From: a virus
Length of the DNA: 64,000 nt
Virus record (IMG/VR): IMGVR_UViG_3300035681_000001
Coordinates: 64,001 to 128,000 of that record
Reading direction: 5' to 3' (one strand)
The translations under genes and the position numbers were made by a program. The notes under the pieces were generated by a model, which was given only the letters and a program-made list of their open reading frames with translations, was not told the origin of the DNA and did not search any database. The first letter of the stretch is position 1, and every line of letters begins with the position of its first letter. Shown here piece by piece: positions 54,966-62,389 of the stretch.

Positions 54966-55801
54966 TGCTGAACTATACAGACCAATCACTGCTGGACTAC
55001 TTCCAACCCTTAGCTGGTGAAGTTTTAAGTGCTACCACCGGTCCAGCTAGTACTCCAGCCCAGCTAAAAGCTGAAGCCGTGGCCTCGGCTGCCATTTGGG
55101 CTAAAGAATACACCACTGCTTATGACCTTACACGGCTACCACAACTAGACGCCAAAGCGCTAGCAGCTCAAGAAAAGTCCTTTGAAAAAGCTAAAATAAC
55201 AGCTCGGCAAAACAGAGATTCTGGTACCGAAGACTTTTTCAAGATCCTTTACACCAACGTAAAAGGTCAAAAGAAATCTTTCGTGTTTGCTTTGTTACCT
55301 GCCATAGACCTAAGCAGTCGGGGTGTAGGGAACTCAAACGTACCCGACCTAAAAGCTGGTGTAGTAATAAGAACTTCTATGCGTCAGAAAAACATTCCCA
55401 TACCAGGTGGTACACCCATAATTCAAACCATAGGGGTAGACAGCACTATTATGCAAGTGGTGGGGGCTTTCATCGGCAGTGAGAGAATAACTAATCCAGC
55501 TGACTCCTCACGTGGGGACCTAAGTACTATTTATACTGGCTTACAAAACCTTAGTACTGCAGAATCTTCAGAAACTAAAGCACGAGCTTTTATGTCTGAA
55601 GTTGTACACTCAGGTCGGCCGGTAGAATTCCACGCTAAGTCAGTATCCCGTACCAGTGATAACCCTAAAGCTAAAGCAGAAGGCATGGAGCTAAAATACA
55701 AAGGCGTAATAGTTAACTTCAAGTTTTATGCTGCTAGGCGTAACCGCAGCTACTACGCGATAGACTTAATCTTAAGTGAATATGACGTTAATAAAGCATG
55801 A
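54965..55801 (+). CDS. Putative tail tube initiator (P2 gpU-like fold)
   Basis: IPIPGGTPIIQTIGVDSTIMQVVGAFIG...SGRPVEF...GVIVNFKF...YYAIDL. Confidence 0.5.
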   Translation: MLNYTDQSLLDYFQPLAGEVLSATTGPASTPAQLKAEAVASAAIWAKEYTTAYDLTRLPQLDAKALAAQEKSFEKAKITARQNRDSGTEDFFKILYTNVKGQKKSFVFALLPAIDLSSRGVGNSNVPDLKAGVVIRTSMRQKNIPIPGGTPIIQTIGVDSTIMQVVGAFIGSERITNPADSSRGDLSTIYTGLQNLSTAESSETKARAFMSEVVHSGRPVEFHAKSVSRTSDNPKAKAEGMELKYKGVIVNFKFYAARRNRSYYAIDLILSEYDVNKA

Positions 55802-56766
55802 CCTTAAACGCCCGCGCTGATTATTTATTTGGTCCGTTTGGAGGCTACGAGGGCGCCTTGGAGCTTTGGGGTCTAGAAGACCTGCAAGAAATGGTGCAAT
55901 TCTACGGATATACAGCTTACCTAACACCTAGACAAACAGTGATAGAAGTACCCGTTACTGAAGGTTCACCTCCTATCACCACTATCAAAGACGTAATAAC
56001 ACCTGTACCTAATAATTCTTGGGAAGACTACGGCTGGTTGCCCGGTACACCCATACAAATTCTTAGTCGAGATTACTCACAAATCATAGAAACCGAGCTG
56101 CAACAAATACCTTACACTGACCGTTGGTGTTGGGGTGTATCAGAAGCCCAACGAGCTTGGGTAGCTTCTAAACCTCATGGTTCTAGGTGGTGGGGCAGAA
56201 TACAAACCGCTAACGGGTTTAGGGTGTTGCAACTCTTAGTAAACCTTAAAATACCAGGAGTTGCAACACCAGAGCCGCCTGCTACCGCACCAAGTAACGA
56301 GGTAATCTTGCAGTTGGGTAACTACCCTAAGATCCGGTTGCATTTAGGGTCTACCACACTAATAAAAAGTGCCGGCGAGTACGTTTACTGGAAGCCTCAA
56401 GGTAACGAGACCTTAAGTTACGAAGCTGTACTAACCAGCCCCGGTTACGATTTAGTAGGTAAAACCCTAACCGCAGCGGATACTTTACTAGTAGCTGCAG
56501 GTTTGACCCGACAACCTAACGGTTTAATCTACACTCGCACCGGAACCACAGAACTTAAAGTTACGTTAGGAGTGTCCAATAACATAATAGTTACGTCAGA
56601 AGAAGACGCTTGGGTACCACTTAATTTGTCTGCGGTTATGGGTACGGAATCTTGGAGACTAAAACAAACCGTTACCGGTAAAGCGGTATTTGAATCTAGG
56701 TCCCGTTTAAGCGGGTTAGGTTGGACACCCGCTGCTAAGGCTAGCATCACAGCTTTAATAAGTTAA
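55798..56766 (+). CDS. Hypothetical protein
   Basis: 322-aa ORF with ATGA overlap. Confidence 0.65.
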   Translation: MTLNARADYLFGPFGGYEGALELWGLEDLQEMVQFYGYTAYLTPRQTVIEVPVTEGSPPITTIKDVITPVPNNSWEDYGWLPGTPIQILSRDYSQIIETELQQIPYTDRWCWGVSEAQRAWVASKPHGSRWWGRIQTANGFRVLQLLVNLKIPGVATPEPPATAPSNEVILQLGNYPKIRLHLGSTTLIKSAGEYVYWKPQGNETLSYEAVLTSPGYDLVGKTLTAADTLLVAAGLTRQPNGLIYTRTGTTELKVTLGVSNNIIVTSEEDAWVPLNLSAVMGTESWRLKQTVTGKAVFESRSRLSGLGWTPAAKASITALIS

Positions 56767-57017
56767 CGGAACCCCAAACGTACCTTTACTTCTACTAAAT
56801 AAGTCAATAAAGCACTCAAAGCGGCTATCTGGCAGTGGTCAGGACCTACAGCTACCACGCTACTTATAATTACAATCAAGTGGTCTAAGTGGTCACCACA
56901 CGAAAGTTCATGTAAGTACTTAACGTACTGAGCTACTGTTAGGCCGCGTCGCTGGGCTGCGGCTCTAAGTGCTACAGCGGTCTGCGGATCTAAGTTGAAC
57001 GAGGGCATCAGGGGCAA
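56763..57017 (-). CDS. Small ribbon-helix-helix-like DNA-binding protein
   Basis: PSFNLDPQTAVALRAAAQRRGLTVAQYVKYL fits a strand-helix-helix pattern. Confidence 0.55.
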   Translation of the reverse strand: MPLMPSFNLDPQTAVALRAAAQRRGLTVAQYVKYLHELSCGDHLDHLIVIISSVVAVGPDHCQIAALSALLTYLVEVKVRLGFR

Positions 57018-57243
57018 CTAAAGAACAACTAGGGTACTGGGGTTCTAGCAAAGCAGTCCAAGCTTTAGTACCGTCATCACTAAGAGAAAGTACAGCAGAA
57101 GACTGCACCACTACACCTGGGTAATGAAAATACAACGCTTCAGAGTCCTTAGTAACAGACAACCCACAAGGGTGTGTTATTACTACTCGACCACCCGCAC
57201 GAGTAACGCGTAGTCTGAAAAATTGCCTTAAAAGCCAGAACAT
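56965..57243 (-). CDS. Hypothetical protein
   Basis: ATG 57243 overlaps the PAAR stop (TGATG); 92 aa. Confidence 0.55.
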   Translation of the reverse strand: MFWLLRQFFRLRVTRAGGRVVITHPCGLSVTKDSEALYFHYPGVVVQSSAVLSLSDDGTKAWTALLEPQYPSCSLVAPDALVQLRSADRCST

Positions 57244-57539
57244 CAACCTACCAACGTAGTAACAGAACCTGGTCCGGTAACCAGACCAGCGCATGAATCA
57301 GCATCACCCACTCGTATTACCAAAGCACCCCCTATAAAAGTACAGGCGGTACTGGGATACAAACTCGTAGGGTCACCGCACACCCCTAGGTCCCCAGCTA
57401 CTACTGGTACCTTACCACTTACTAAAGTAGTAACCGACCGCCCGTACACTATGCTACCCGTAGGTGACCAAGTTCCTTCAGGAGGATGAGGACAACCCGG
57501 ACAAGTTAGCGAGTCCCCCACTAGAGCTAATGGTTTCAT
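57243..57539 (-). CDS. PAAR-repeat spike-tip protein
   Basis: ALVGDSLTCPGCPH...TLVSGKVPVVAGD...FIGGALVIRVGDADSCAGLV. Confidence 0.85.
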   Translation of the reverse strand: MKPLALVGDSLTCPGCPHPPEGTWSPTGSIVYGRSVTTLVSGKVPVVAGDLGVCGDPTSLYPSTACTFIGGALVIRVGDADSCAGLVTGPGSVTTLVG

Positions 57540-58329
57540 CGCGTACCCAAAAAACCCATTCTACAAAGTAGTCTCCATCAACTATAGCAGCTAAATCTCC
57601 CTTACGACCTAAAGGCGCTTCGTAGGGACCAAACTCACCTACTACCCTTAAGTCCAACAAGTCACCAGTAGGTACCGGAGGGATACCTGTTGAGTTATAG
57701 TGAGTTTCTAAAAAGCGCTCTAGTAACACCGGATATTCACCTAGCCCAGCTTGTGGTAAACGTGAAGTATTAGCGGCACCACCTAACGACGTAACAAACG
57801 AAGGTGTTCCCGGAGCGTTGATTAAAGCAGTCACCTGAGCCCTTAAAGCGCCAACACGGTCGATACTAACTACAGACCCACCAGTAGGGTCTAGCACCAC
57901 CGGCCACCGGGCGTCCCACACTAAGTCAGAAGCTGTAGGTACGGGAATACCAGCCCAAACATACCCAGTAGTAGTACGAGTGTAGTAACCTTCAAAAGGC
58001 AACGCTAAAGGATCCGGTGGCGGGTAAACACCTCCCACTATAGGAGTAGTAACGTAAGTATACGAGTCTAAATAGAGCTCTAAGTCCACCGCATTACCTA
58101 AATGCCTAAAAGCTGCGCCGGCGGAACGAGTGTAGTTAGCTGTTAAGTAAACAGCTATGTTCTCAGGCCCTAAAGTAAATAACGGTGAATAAACTAACGC
58201 CGCAGCCATAACTGACTCAGACCGCGCCGGTACGTAAGGTAGTTGAGGGTAAATAAAACCCTCACTAACAGCCGCCAACAACCTAGAGTGTAACCCCGGC
58301 GGGTCAGTATTAATAGGGTAATAAGTCAC
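57478..58329 (-). CDS. Hypothetical protein
   Basis: 283-aa ORF overlapping PAAR by 62 nt. Confidence 0.6.
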   Translation of the reverse strand: MTYYPINTDPPGLHSRLLAAVSEGFIYPQLPYVPARSESVMAAALVYSPLFTLGPENIAVYLTANYTRSAGAAFRHLGNAVDLELYLDSYTYVTTPIVGGVYPPPDPLALPFEGYYTRTTTGYVWAGIPVPTASDLVWDARWPVVLDPTGGSVVSIDRVGALRAQVTALINAPGTPSFVTSLGGAANTSRLPQAGLGEYPVLLERFLETHYNSTGIPPVPTGDLLDLRVVGEFGPYEAPLGRKGDLAAIVDGDYFVEWVFWVRDETISSSGGLANLSGLSSSS

Positions 58330-58769
58330 GCTACCGCCGAACTAAGTAAAAACCCTAAAGAACAATGAGTCTCACTAATACCACCTAGCAAATTCATACC
58401 ACCCAACGACCGAGGGTCTGTGCTGGTGGCTAAAGCCGAATTAGCTTCGTAAACAGACTTAAGAACGGCGGTGTTAGCTGTTACTAAAGCATCCAAATAA
58501 GAACCAGCAGGTAACACACCAGTCACAGGAACCAAAGTAGTTAGTTCACTCAACAACGCCAAAGTCGCGGGCGCCCGTACACCTACACCCCTAAGGTACT
58601 CAGCCAAACGGTCTACGTTAGCATAAGACTCTTTGTAAACCCGGTCATACAACAAGTGGTGCGCGTAGAAATTAGAACCGGAGGTGTTCCAGTGCGCGTT
58701 CGAAGCCAACAACGCAAAAGAATAAACATCAGCAAACGCAGTTAACAGCTCAGACACTAGCAGTAACAC
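58326..58769 (-). CDS. dps: Dps/ferritin-like protein
   Basis: AHWNTSGSNFYAHHLLYDRVY...DRLAEYLRGVG fits the Dps ferroxidase signature. Confidence 0.85.
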   Translation of the reverse strand: MLLLVSELLTAFADVYSFALLASNAHWNTSGSNFYAHHLLYDRVYKESYANVDRLAEYLRGVGVRAPATLALLSELTTLVPVTGVLPAGSYLDALVTANTAVLKSVYEANSALATSTDPRSLGGMNLLGGISETHCSLGFLLSSAVA

Positions 58770-58905
58770 GAACGATACCAGTTTACTACGGGGCTAACCC
58801 AAAAAGAAAAAAAGAATAGCCAAAATTACGTAAAAAACCAAAACCCAAAACCCAACCCAAAACCCCCACTTAGGGTTTAAAGCCCAGAATAGGAAAACTA
58901 AGTGG

Positions 58906-59043
58906 AAAAATCCGAAATGGAAAAAATGGTGCGCGGGAAAACGTGAAATGGATTAAAGATTAAAAAATCCGAAATTTGGAAAAAATGGTGCGCAGGAAAA
59001 TCTGGTAAAAACCGAAATTTGGAAAAAATAGTGCGCGGGAAAA
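58906..59043. repeat. Three imperfect direct repeats of about 37 bp in an A-tract region
   Basis: 58906-58941, 58963-59000 and 59007-59043; consensus AAAAA(T)CCGAAAT(TT)GGAAAAAATRGTGCGCRGGAAAA. Confidence 0.9.
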
Positions 59044-59108
59044 TTAGTCTGTTATAGGTGTAACACCCTAGCGTTTCAGTCTTAGTGACTTAATCAGGTG
59101 TTAGTACA

Positions 59109-59163
59109 CCCCCCGACAACTACCTAGTCGGGGGTTTTTTTGTGGGCTTCTTACTACACCCAC
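59109..59163 (+). terminator. Array element E1: terminator-like hairpin + T7 + GTGGG/CCCAC hairpin
   Basis: CCCCCGAC-N9-GTCGGGGG-T7-GTGGG-N12-CCCAC, then GGAG RBS. Confidence 0.85.
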
Positions 59164-59172
59164 GGAGTTAAC

Positions 59173-59370
59173 ATGACCAAGACTGCTGTCTTGTTTGCCC
59201 TTGCAGCTCTCTTTGGAGGGCTGTTAATGGGAAGGGCTTCGGCCCCTCAACCTTTCAGTACCGAGGAAACTCGGTACTGCAAGGAATCCTTGCGTACTGC
59301 AAGGACGGAGCAAAAGCTCCGCAAGGCCTTAGTGGAGGCCTTGACTCCCTTAGGAGTTGAGGTCCAGTAA
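59173..59370 (+). CDS. Small protein (65 aa) with N-terminal hydrophobic/signal-like segment
   Basis: GGAG RBS; MTKTAVLFALAALFGGLLMG. Confidence 0.8.
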   Translation: MTKTAVLFALAALFGGLLMGRASAPQPFSTEETRYCKESLRTARTEQKLRKALVEALTPLGVEVQ

Positions 59371-59381
59371 CTAACTTAACT

Positions 59382-59429
59382 AAGCCCCCGGAAACGGGGG
59401 CTTTTTTGTGGGCTCTTTATTACACCCAC
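59382..59429 (+). terminator. Array element E2
   Basis: AAGCCCCCG-GAAA-CGGGGGC-T6-GTGGG-N12-CCCAC. Confidence 0.88.
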
Positions 59430-59438
59430 GGAGTTACA

Positions 59439-59615
59439 ATGACCTTCACCATCGCCGTCTATTGCCAACCCGTTGGGGCCACCCCCCAACGGAGGGGCAG
59501 CCACAGTGCTGCCTCCTTTGAAGAGGCGGTCGCACTGGGCGACCAACTCGTGGCCAACTACCACGAGGTCCTCAATACTGAGGGCTACGAGGTGTATTGC
59601 GAACTCATTGAATGA
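59439..59615 (+). CDS. Small hypothetical protein (58 aa)
   Basis: GGAG RBS; ATG 59439. Confidence 0.8.
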   Translation: MTFTIAVYCQPVGATPQRRGSHSAASFEEAVALGDQLVANYHEVLNTEGYEVYCELIE

Positions 59616-59651
59616 GTTTGAGACCTAAGCAAGTCCAGTAAACTGCTTACT

Positions 59652-59677
59652 AAACCCCCTGTGAAGGGGGTTTTTTT
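59652..59677 (+). terminator. Array element E3
   Basis: AAACCCCCT-GTGA-AGGGGG-T7. Confidence 0.85.
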
Positions 59678-59693
59678 GTTCTGTTTCATTCTT

Positions 59694-59777
59694 ATGGAAC
59701 TCTTTTTTGGTTGTTTTGCTGCTAACCTAGCAGCCGCAGGGCTGCTAGCTGTTATTTACCTGAGGTGCCTTAGGTAA
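59694..59777 (+). CDS. 27-aa hydrophobic peptide (absent from the track)
   Basis: MELFFGCFAANLAAAGLLAVIYLRCLR fills the space between E3 and E4. Confidence 0.6.
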   Translation: MELFFGCFAANLAAAGLLAVIYLRCLR

Positions 59778-59785
59778 ACTTTTTA

Positions 59786-59830
59786 CCCCCGGAAACGGGG
59801 GCTTTTTTGTACGTGGGTCACCATACCCAC
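59786..59830 (+). terminator. Array element E4
   Basis: CCCCCG-GAAA-CGGGGG-C-T6-GTAC-GTGGGT-CACCAT-ACCCAC. Confidence 0.88.
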
Positions 59831-59844
59831 ACTGCTTCAAAGAC

Positions 59845-60006
59845 ATGGCTGATTTCCAGATCGTCATCACCCCCTGGGGTGAAGCAAAAGTGGAGGCCTT
59901 AGGGTCTCCTGTTTTGCCCGGTTACACCGGACCGTTTACCTACCCGAAAGGGTGGGTGGTTGAGGGTGCCCTCCGGCACCTGAGGAGGTTGCACTTGATT
60001 AACTAG
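59845..60006 (+). CDS. 53-aa hypothetical protein (absent from the track)
   Basis: MADFQIVITPWGEAKVEALGSPVLPGYTGPFTYPKGWVVEGALRHLRRLHLIN fills E4-E5. Confidence 0.7.
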   Translation: MADFQIVITPWGEAKVEALGSPVLPGYTGPFTYPKGWVVEGALRHLRRLHLIN

Positions 60007-60012
60007 TCTAAT

Positions 60013-60059
60013 AAGCCCTCGGAAACGGGGGCTTTTTTGTGGGCCTCGTTAACACCCAC
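60013..60059 (+). terminator. Array element E5
   Basis: AAGCCCTCG-GAAA-CGGGGGC-T6-GTGGG-CCTCGTTAACA-CCCAC, then GGAGGT RBS. Confidence 0.88.
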
Positions 60060-60068
60060 GGAGGTAAC

Positions 60069-60608
60069 ATGTCTCGCACCAGCCGCGTCAACGGCCTACG
60101 CGACGGTCGTCGTGTGCCTAAAGCCCACCAGGGTTTTAGAAAGGTTCTGAGGGCCGAAGCCCTCAATCTGGATTTTCAGGTCCAGATTGAGGAGGATGGG
60201 ACAGATCACTCCTTTGAGGAGGATTGGACAGATCAGATGTACAACTGGGAGCAGTACAACTGGGAGCAGTACAAGTTATTAAACCGTGTCATTTATGACG
60301 ACGGTTTAGTAAAACTTGAGGTTGAAGCGTATATGCCTGTAAGGCAGTTATGCCTACACCTAAACTTAACTACGTGGTGGGGTAACCACTACGTAGGGAG
60401 GGATATTATTCCCCACTGCTCCATAAAAGGTGTAATCAAGGCTTTTAGAGCCTACGTTGAAGAGCTCAAGTGCAAAGAGGTAGAAATACCTTTTTGCATA
60501 TGTCCCTACGACGAAGACGGAAAAAGGGACTACCGAGTCTGTGTGTATCAGAAATTAGGGTTTGAAATAGACCCTGATGATCCAGATTTCCTAATCTTCT
60601 GGACTTGA
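60069..60608 (+). CDS. Hypothetical protein (179 aa), possibly GNAT-like C-terminal half
   Basis: GGAGGT RBS; C-terminal RVCVYQKLGF; family call tentative. Confidence 0.75.
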   Translation: MSRTSRVNGLRDGRRVPKAHQGFRKVLRAEALNLDFQVQIEEDGTDHSFEEDWTDQMYNWEQYNWEQYKLLNRVIYDDGLVKLEVEAYMPVRQLCLHLNLTTWWGNHYVGRDIIPHCSIKGVIKAFRAYVEELKCKEVEIPFCICPYDEDGKRDYRVCVYQKLGFEIDPDDPDFLIFWT

Positions 60609-60614
60609 TTTTAT

Positions 60615-60657
60615 ACCCCCGGAAACGGGGGTTTTTTTACGTAGGTCTAGTACCTAC
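60615..60657 (+). terminator. Array element E6
   Basis: ACCCCCG-GAAA-CGGGGG-T7-AC-GTAGGT-CTAGT-ACCTAC. Confidence 0.88.
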
Positions 60658-60671
60658 ACCACTAACAAACC

Positions 60672-60890
60672 ATGGCTATCTGCAAAACCTACTGGTCCCA
60701 AGTTTCTGCTTGGGCAGAAACCCTAATATGGAAGGGGGAGGTAAAGCTCCCTACTTCATATTCAGCTGCCTTGTTAAAGGCAGACCTGCTAGTTGCTTTA
60801 AAGCAATTAGCGGGCGAGAGCCCAGTTAAGTACCGCCTGCAAAGGCGGAGGGCGCCTTACCTGCACTTTGTGCTGGAAATAAGGCGGTAA
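60672..60890 (+). CDS. Small hypothetical protein (72 aa)
   Basis: Fills E6-E7. Confidence 0.75.
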   Translation: MAICKTYWSQVSAWAETLIWKGEVKLPTSYSAALLKADLLVALKQLAGESPVKYRLQRRRAPYLHFVLEIRR

Positions 60891-60899
60891 TCTAACTTT

Positions 60900-60959
60900 C
60901 CCCCGGAGGGTGCCCCTGCACTCCGGGGGCTTTTTTGTGCTTAGCAATTCAGCTAACAC
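60900..60959 (+). terminator. Array element E7
   Basis: CCCCCGGAG-N12-CTCCGGGGG-C-T6-GTGC-TTAGC-AATTCA-GCTAA-CAC. Confidence 0.85.
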
Positions 60960-60977
60960 TTAAGCCCTCGGAGGGTC

Positions 60978-61073
60978 ATGGTCAAATCTACTTTCGGCAA
61001 CTTTATAGCCGTACGTCGCCGTGAGCGGCGTAAGAAGCTGTGGGCTACCTTTAAGAGGTGGTTGCGCAAGTAA
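60978..61073 (+). CDS. 31-aa arginine-rich peptide (N-antiterminator-like motif; absent from the track)
   Basis: GGAGG RBS; MVKSTFGNFIAVRRRERRKKLWATFKRWLRK fills E7-E8. Confidence 0.75.
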   Translation: MVKSTFGNFIAVRRRERRKKLWATFKRWLRK

Positions 61074-61081
61074 CTGCCTTT

Positions 61082-61124
61082 AACCCCTACGGGGGTTTTT
61101 TTGTGGGCTATCGTTAACACCCAC
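61082..61124 (+). terminator. Array element E8
   Basis: AACCCC-TACG-GGGG-T7-GTGGG-CTATCGTTAACA-CCCAC, then GGAGGT RBS. Confidence 0.88.
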
Positions 61125-61133
61125 GGAGGTAAC

Positions 61134-61400
61134 ATGTCGAGACTACAGCACCGCTTCGCAGCACGGGCTTACAACCTGTGCTGCGAGGCGGAAGCCTACG
61201 GTTTCGTCAATTCGGGCTGGTTACCACCGGCTCGACTTGACGACGACCACCTCCAGGTGTGGGTTGCAACGCTTTTAGGGCGCTGCAACCACTTAGCAGA
61301 GTTCTTGCTAAGGGCTACTCTGGTTTATCCAGAGGCAGCACACACCCTTAACCGGGTACGTCGGCTGGTCAAAGACTACCGACGTGGCCACTTAGGTTAA
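61134..61400 (+). CDS. Hypothetical protein (88 aa)
   Basis: GGAGGT RBS; ATG 61134. Confidence 0.8.
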   Translation: MSRLQHRFAARAYNLCCEAEAYGFVNSGWLPPARLDDDHLQVWVATLLGRCNHLAEFLLRATLVYPEAAHTLNRVRRLVKDYRRGHLG

Positions 61401-61402
61401 CT

Positions 61403-61448
61403 AAAACCCCCGTAAGGGGGTTTTTTTGTGGGCCTCGTTAACACCCAC
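61403..61448 (+). terminator. Array element E9
   Basis: AAAACCCCC-GTAA-GGGGG-T7-GTGGG-CCTCGTTAACA-CCCAC. Confidence 0.88.
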
Positions 61449-61458
61449 TAAGCTAACC

Positions 61459-61833
61459 ATGTTCAACCTATTCCGTGCCGTTGCCGCTGATGCCTCCACC
61501 CCCATGGAAGCAATTAGTGCGCAACAGCAGCAGGACACTGTTGCTACCGAGGTCGCGTTGAAAGACGCGACTAAGATCAAGCAACAGGCAATGCTGCTAC
61601 GCAACGCAGCTGCAGACGCAAAACGTCTGCGGTTAGAGTTGCGCAAAGCCGAAAGGGTACAGGCTGAAGCCTGTGCTGAATTAGTTGCTGCTGAGGCAGA
61701 GGTTCTGGCTCTTCTTGATAGAGGGTTGGATAATCTTACTTTGGAGCCCCAAGGGACTCCAGAACCACAGGTCCCAGAACCTCAGTTGCAATTTGTAGCT
61801 GAAGACTTTCCTGCCCCGCCTGCACTGCCTTAA
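61459..61833 (+). CDS. Coiled-coil protein, paralog A (124 aa)
   Basis: ATG 61459; Ala/Leu/Glu heptads and a Pro-rich tail. Confidence 0.8.
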   Translation: MFNLFRAVAADASTPMEAISAQQQQDTVATEVALKDATKIKQQAMLLRNAAADAKRLRLELRKAERVQAEACAELVAAEAEVLALLDRGLDNLTLEPQGTPEPQVPEPQLQFVAEDFPAPPALP

Positions 61834-61847
61834 TTAAGTAATCAACT

Positions 61848-61894
61848 AAGCCCCCGGAAACGGGGGCTTTTTTGTGGGCTCCGTTAACACCCAC
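61848..61894 (+). terminator. Array element E10
   Basis: AAGCCCCCG-GAAA-CGGGGGC-T6-GTGGG-CTCCGTTAACA-CCCAC. Confidence 0.88.
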
Positions 61895-61904
61895 TGAGCT
61901 AATC

Positions 61905-62282
61905 ATGTTCAACTTTCGTGCCCGTGCTGCCAAGCCTACTTCCACCCCCATGGAGGCAGTGCTTGCTCAGCAAGCGGCAGATGCTGCCGGTACTGAAGCC
62001 GCGTTGAAAGACGCGGTTTCAGTAAAGAAGCAGGCCGTGTTGCTTCGCAATGCGGCAGTAGACGCAAAACGTCTGCGGGTTGAGCTATTAAAGGCTCAAA
62101 AAGTGCAGGCTGAGGCTTGTGCTGAACTGGTCTTAGCAGAGCAAGAGGTATTTGATCTTCTTAACGGAGGGTTGGATGCTCTTACTCTGCAGCAACCAGA
62201 GCAGCCAATGCCAACGCCGCCTCCACTGCCAGTGATCCAACCACTAGCAGTGGAGGACTACTTCCCTCCTAAACTTAACTAA
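61905..62282 (+). CDS. Coiled-coil protein, paralog B (125 aa)
   Basis: Shares STPMEA, LKDA, LLRNAAxDAKRLR and VQAEACAELV with paralog A. Confidence 0.8.
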   Translation: MFNFRARAAKPTSTPMEAVLAQQAADAAGTEAALKDAVSVKKQAVLLRNAAVDAKRLRVELLKAQKVQAEACAELVLAEQEVFDLLNGGLDALTLQQPEQPMPTPPPLPVIQPLAVEDYFPPKLN

Positions 62283-62294
62283 AATTAAGTAACT

Positions 62295-62318
62295 AAGCCC
62301 CTTAACGGGGGCTTTTTT
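62295..62318 (+). terminator. Array element E11
   Basis: AAGCCCCT-TAAC-GGGGGC-T6. Confidence 0.85.
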
Positions 62319-62321
62319 GTA

Positions 62322-62389
62322 AGCTTTAGCTTAACCAATAAGAGCCGTTGCTCTGGCTGTGTATCGCACAGGTTGGTTAAGTTAAAGCT
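62322..62389 (+). ncRNA. Candidate three-way-junction structured element
   Basis: 17-bp closing stem with one G-T pair (62322-62338/62373-62389) enclosing AGAGC-CGTT-GCTCT and CTGTG-TATCG-CACAG; no ATG-initiated ORF in this unit. Confidence 0.65.

Noticed and set aside
59140-61904. TTG/GTG upstream starts in the track (MWASYY, MWALYY, MGLVNT, MWAIVN, MWASLT, MWAPLT)
   Set aside because: They arise from the repeated T-tract-GTGGG element; downstream ATGs, most with a GGAG RBS, are better starts.
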